DNA of 41,011 bases from Candidatus Iainarchaeum sp. (GTDB taxonomy: Archaea; Iainarchaeota; Iainarchaeia; Iainarchaeales; GW2011-AR10). Location: the NCBI GenBank assembly GCA_016198165.1, contig JACQJF010000052.1, forward strand, positions 1-41,011. The letters are read 5' to 3'. Position numbers and translations under genes: made by a program. How positions within the stretch are numbered: the stretch's first letter is position 1; every line of letters starts with the position of its first letter. The notes beneath the pieces are model-generated. The model worked only from the letters and a program-made list of their open reading frames with translations. It did no database searches and was not told the DNA's origin. This document shows positions 38,326 to 41,011 of the stretch, piece after piece.

Positions 38326-39183
38326 ATGGCTGATTTTTCCGGTTTTTCCGATTATTTTTCAAATACCCTGGTTAAGGGCGTGCTTGCAGGCGAGCCTACC
38401 TCGATAGTCATAGTGGGTGTCCTGGTCCTGATTCTCTTGGCGGTTTTTTTCAAGCTAAGCCAGCTCGTGTACGCCCTGGTGAAGCGTTTTTTCCTTTTCC
38501 TTGTCGTATTGCTTTCCCTTTACTTTTTTGCAGTTAATTTCCAGGACAAGATTTTTTCAGAGTCCCCTGACATGTTTATCCTTGCTGTCGGCATACTCGG
38601 GCTTCTCATAGGGCTTGTGGCTTTCGTGATTTCGGTTTTTTCTTTCCACTCAAGCTATTCATCCTTTAAGGCAAGGTCAGGTGAGGACAGCGATACTGAA
38701 ATAACCTTGCCAAAGAAAAAAAGCGTTGTTGTAGAGCCGTCCGCGCCGGTTGTCAAGCCGACACAGATACAGCAGCCTGATTTTTTTTCGCAGCAGTTTT
38801 TGAGCCGCCAGGCTTTTTCCGAGAGCATGGCAAGCGACCGCAGCCTTTTGGCAGTCCTGAGTTATGCGATTATCGCCCAGTTTGGGGTGTTTTCAGGGGT
38901 AACCGTTTCAGCTCCGAGCTTTGAAGTAGGGCTGGCGTTTTTCATCGCTTTTTTCATCGGGGCGTTCATTTTCATAAAAACCTCTTACCACAGTTATGCC
39001 CGGGGAATCACGCACCTTGTTCTTGCCTCTGTTTTCGGTTTTGGCCTGTCTATAGTCCTTGGCCATTACTGGGGCACAATCCCCTTTGAAGTCCTTTTAT
39101 CCACAGGTTACTTCACTTCGCATGCCCTTGTCGCCTTTGTCACGGGAATAGCGGTTTCCCTCCTCATGGGTTCAAAGCATTAA
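38326..39183 (+). CDS. Hypothetical polytopic membrane protein
   Basis: About 7 TM helices with a central polar linker. Confidence 0.75.
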   Translation: MADFSGFSDYFSNTLVKGVLAGEPTSIVIVGVLVLILLAVFFKLSQLVYALVKRFFLFLVVLLSLYFFAVNFQDKIFSESPDMFILAVGILGLLIGLVAFVISVFSFHSSYSSFKARSGEDSDTEITLPKKKSVVVEPSAPVVKPTQIQQPDFFSQQFLSRQAFSESMASDRSLLAVLSYAIIAQFGVFSGVTVSAPSFEVGLAFFIAFFIGAFIFIKTSYHSYARGITHLVLASVFGFGLSIVLGHYWGTIPFEVLLSTGYFTSHALVAFVTGIAVSLLMGSKH

Positions 39184-39360
39184 ACTGGCGTTTCCATTTT
39201 TTCACCCTGTTTGTTATGGGGGCAATATACTTACAAGTTGGAAATTCTTACTGCAAAAATCTACATTAAACTCCTTTTGGACAATAAACCCGCAAAGCCC
39301 TGCTAGCGAAATGATTTTCTACTCGGAAAGCATAGAATTTACACCGATAAGGTAAGTTTT

Positions 39361-40086
39361 ATGCCTTGGCCATTTAGAAGAAAAAAACAAACGCCCAATT
39401 TCGTTTCCCGGACCAAAGGCACAACGGTGAGATTACGTCGGGCGCCTCGTAGTCCTTTTCAGGGCAGATTAAGAAAAAAACTGATTGCAAGTGCCGTGGG
39501 CGCGGCCATGGGTGCTTGGAGCGGAGCAGGCATTTCACGCGACATCATGTCCAAACAAATGGATACAGTCCGTGCAAAGGAAAACGCTGCATTAATGGGG
39601 GAGCTTGCTGCAGAAGACAAATATGTTTTGGCCCTTAAAGGCAGGAACAAGATGGAAATTGAAGAAGCACAAAAAGAGCTAGATCGGGCCAAGATGGCTT
39701 GGGAAAAAGAGTTGGCAAAAGTTTGGCAGACTGAAAGAATTGCTCGTAAAGCCCATGCTGATCGGCTGGGTAGAGTAACGACTGCGGGCGCTGTTTTTGG
39801 GGGCCTGCTTGGTTATTCAGCCGCCCAGTTTGTGCAAAGAAGAAAACAACGGAAATACCAGCGCAAGTTTCGGGGCATTGTGGTTTCGCCGCAGATGTAC
39901 GATTCAACGGAAATTGAGGATGCAATACGCTCCTTTCAACGGGCTCGGGGAATCAAAAGCCGATTGGAAGCAACACGGTATCTTCAAACCCTCATAAACG
40001 AATCACCCAATACTTATATTTCAAGAGCAAGGGAACAAAGAAAGTCGTTTTTCGTTGACAATGACGGAAACCTAATTTTTGATTGA
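39361..40086 (+). CDS. Arg-rich orphan with two glycine-zipper-like helices
   Basis: MPWPFRRKK leader; ASAVGAAMGAWSGAG and AGAVFGGLLGYSA flank a coiled-coil-like segment. Confidence 0.7.
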   Translation: MPWPFRRKKQTPNFVSRTKGTTVRLRRAPRSPFQGRLRKKLIASAVGAAMGAWSGAGISRDIMSKQMDTVRAKENAALMGELAAEDKYVLALKGRNKMEIEEAQKELDRAKMAWEKELAKVWQTERIARKAHADRLGRVTTAGAVFGGLLGYSAAQFVQRRKQRKYQRKFRGIVVSPQMYDSTEIEDAIRSFQRARGIKSRLEATRYLQTLINESPNTYISRAREQRKSFFVDNDGNLIFD

Positions 40087-40341
40087 TGGCTCAAAAAATA
40101 AAAACTGACTTCCCCAACTGAACCGTGAGAAAAAGCTCATGTGCTCGGCCCGGAAAACTCGTGTGGCAAGCCAGTTGCATTTTTTTGCCACTCTTTTTAG
40201 GTTCCGGTAAAACGTTAATCTTTCTCGATTCGCACTCCATTAGCTGTTTTAAGCGGTGGGAATCGAAAATTGATTCCATACAATCACTCCTTATTCCAGA
40301 ATTTATAAGGGGCGAGGAAAGGCTATTAACTTTTCACTGAT

Positions 40342-40369
40342 TAGCCCCGGAGGGGTTCGAACTCTCGTC
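40342..40369 (-). pseudogene. tRNA 3'-end remnant (T-arm plus acceptor strand), att-like
   Basis: Minus strand GACGAGAG-TTCGAAC-CCCTC-CGGGGCTA; no D-arm or anticodon arm upstream. Confidence 0.55.
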
Positions 40370-40449
40370 CCTAAGTGCCTGATTTGACATAAAAACCTTT
40401 TTAAATTTACACATAATACACATAATATATTGCAAAGAGGTGGTTTTTG

Positions 40450-40665
40450 ATGGTTAACATTACTTTATCTGTTTCATCGGAAATGAAAAAGGAAATGGGG
40501 CAATTTCCTGAAATTAACTGGAGTGAAATAGCAAGGGCGGCTATCAAGGAAAGACTTGAAATGCTTGTAAAATTCAAAAAATTCACAGAACAAAGCACTA
40601 TGACAGAACAAGAAGCAGTTACGCTTGGCAGGCAATTAAAACAAAGAGTAGTGGCAAGAAGGTAA
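40450..40665 (+). CDS. VapB-type antitoxin (RHH-like)
   Basis: MVNITLSV...EINWSEIARAAI; directly upstream of a PIN gene; GAGGTG RBS. Confidence 0.85.
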   Translation: MVNITLSVSSEMKKEMGQFPEINWSEIARAAIKERLEMLVKFKKFTEQSTMTEQEAVTLGRQLKQRVVARR

Positions 40666-40669
40666 ATTT

Positions 40670-41011
40670 GTGGAACTTGTTTTGGACTCAAACATCCTGT
40701 TTGCAGCACTCATAAAGGACGGCAAAACAACAGAACTCCTTTTAGACCCGAGGCTAAAACTTTATCTGCCAGAATTTGTTTTACAGGAATTCGCAAAATA
40801 TGAAAAAGAGCTTTTACAAAAAACCCACAGAACAAAAGAAGAGTTTTACGAAATATATGCAATTTTGCAAAAAATAATCAAAATAATACCCAGAGAGGAA
40901 TTCAGAAACAAAATCAAAGTAGCCGCAAAAATTTGCCCAGACAAAGGAGACATTGACTATTTTGCACTTGCATTCAAATTGAATAGTCCACTCTGGAGCA
41001 ATGACAAAAAA
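40670..41011 (+). CDS. PIN-domain toxin (VapC-like), truncated by the window edge
   Basis: Manual translation from GTG at 40670: MELVLDSNILFAAL...PEFVLQE...PDKGDIDYFALA...LWSNDK. Confidence 0.9.
   Translation, partial: MELVLDSNILFAALIKDGKTTELLLDPRLKLYLPEFVLQEFAKYEKELLQKTHRTKEEFYEIYAILQKIIKIIPREEFRNKIKVAAKICPDKGDIDYFALAFKLNSPLWSNDKK

Noticed and set aside
40051-40070. Fourth copy of the operator (TTCGTTGACAATGACGGAA)
   Set aside because: Different spacing, imperfect, and inside a coding region

Overview
This is gene-dense archaeal DNA, most likely from a DPANN lineage (possibly Diapherotrites/Iainarchaeota; inferred from gene content and style, not proven). Housekeeping genes include pelota, asnB, a bacterial-type gpmI, a bacterial-type thrS, nreA, rfcS, a type IA topoisomerase, an S2P/M50 protease, a short NFACT protein and a Cdc48/VAT gene carrying two LAGLIDADG inteins. 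The dominant theme is a large archaeal type IV pilus system: a VirB11/TadA ATPase, two T2SS-F platform proteins, an EppA-like prepilin peptidase and about 16 genes with certain or probable class III signal peptides in four clusters. A 16-bp palindrome (TTCGTCAATTGACGAA) sits 35-38 nt upstream of the start codon, just upstream of a TATA-like box, at three promoters: two pilin operons and an operon for a membrane-anchored OB-fold protein plus a lone TctA/DUF112 permease. This points to a co-regulated pilus and DNA-uptake (competence-like) regulon. Other unusual items are a catalytically gutted NrdD-like ATP-cone protein divergent from an Lrp regulator, a three-copy covarying structured repeat (TATTAC-hairpin-ACATAYGCG-hairpin), other REP-like cruciforms, two Arg-rich orphan genes, and a tRNA 3'-end remnant beside a VapBC module at the right edge.
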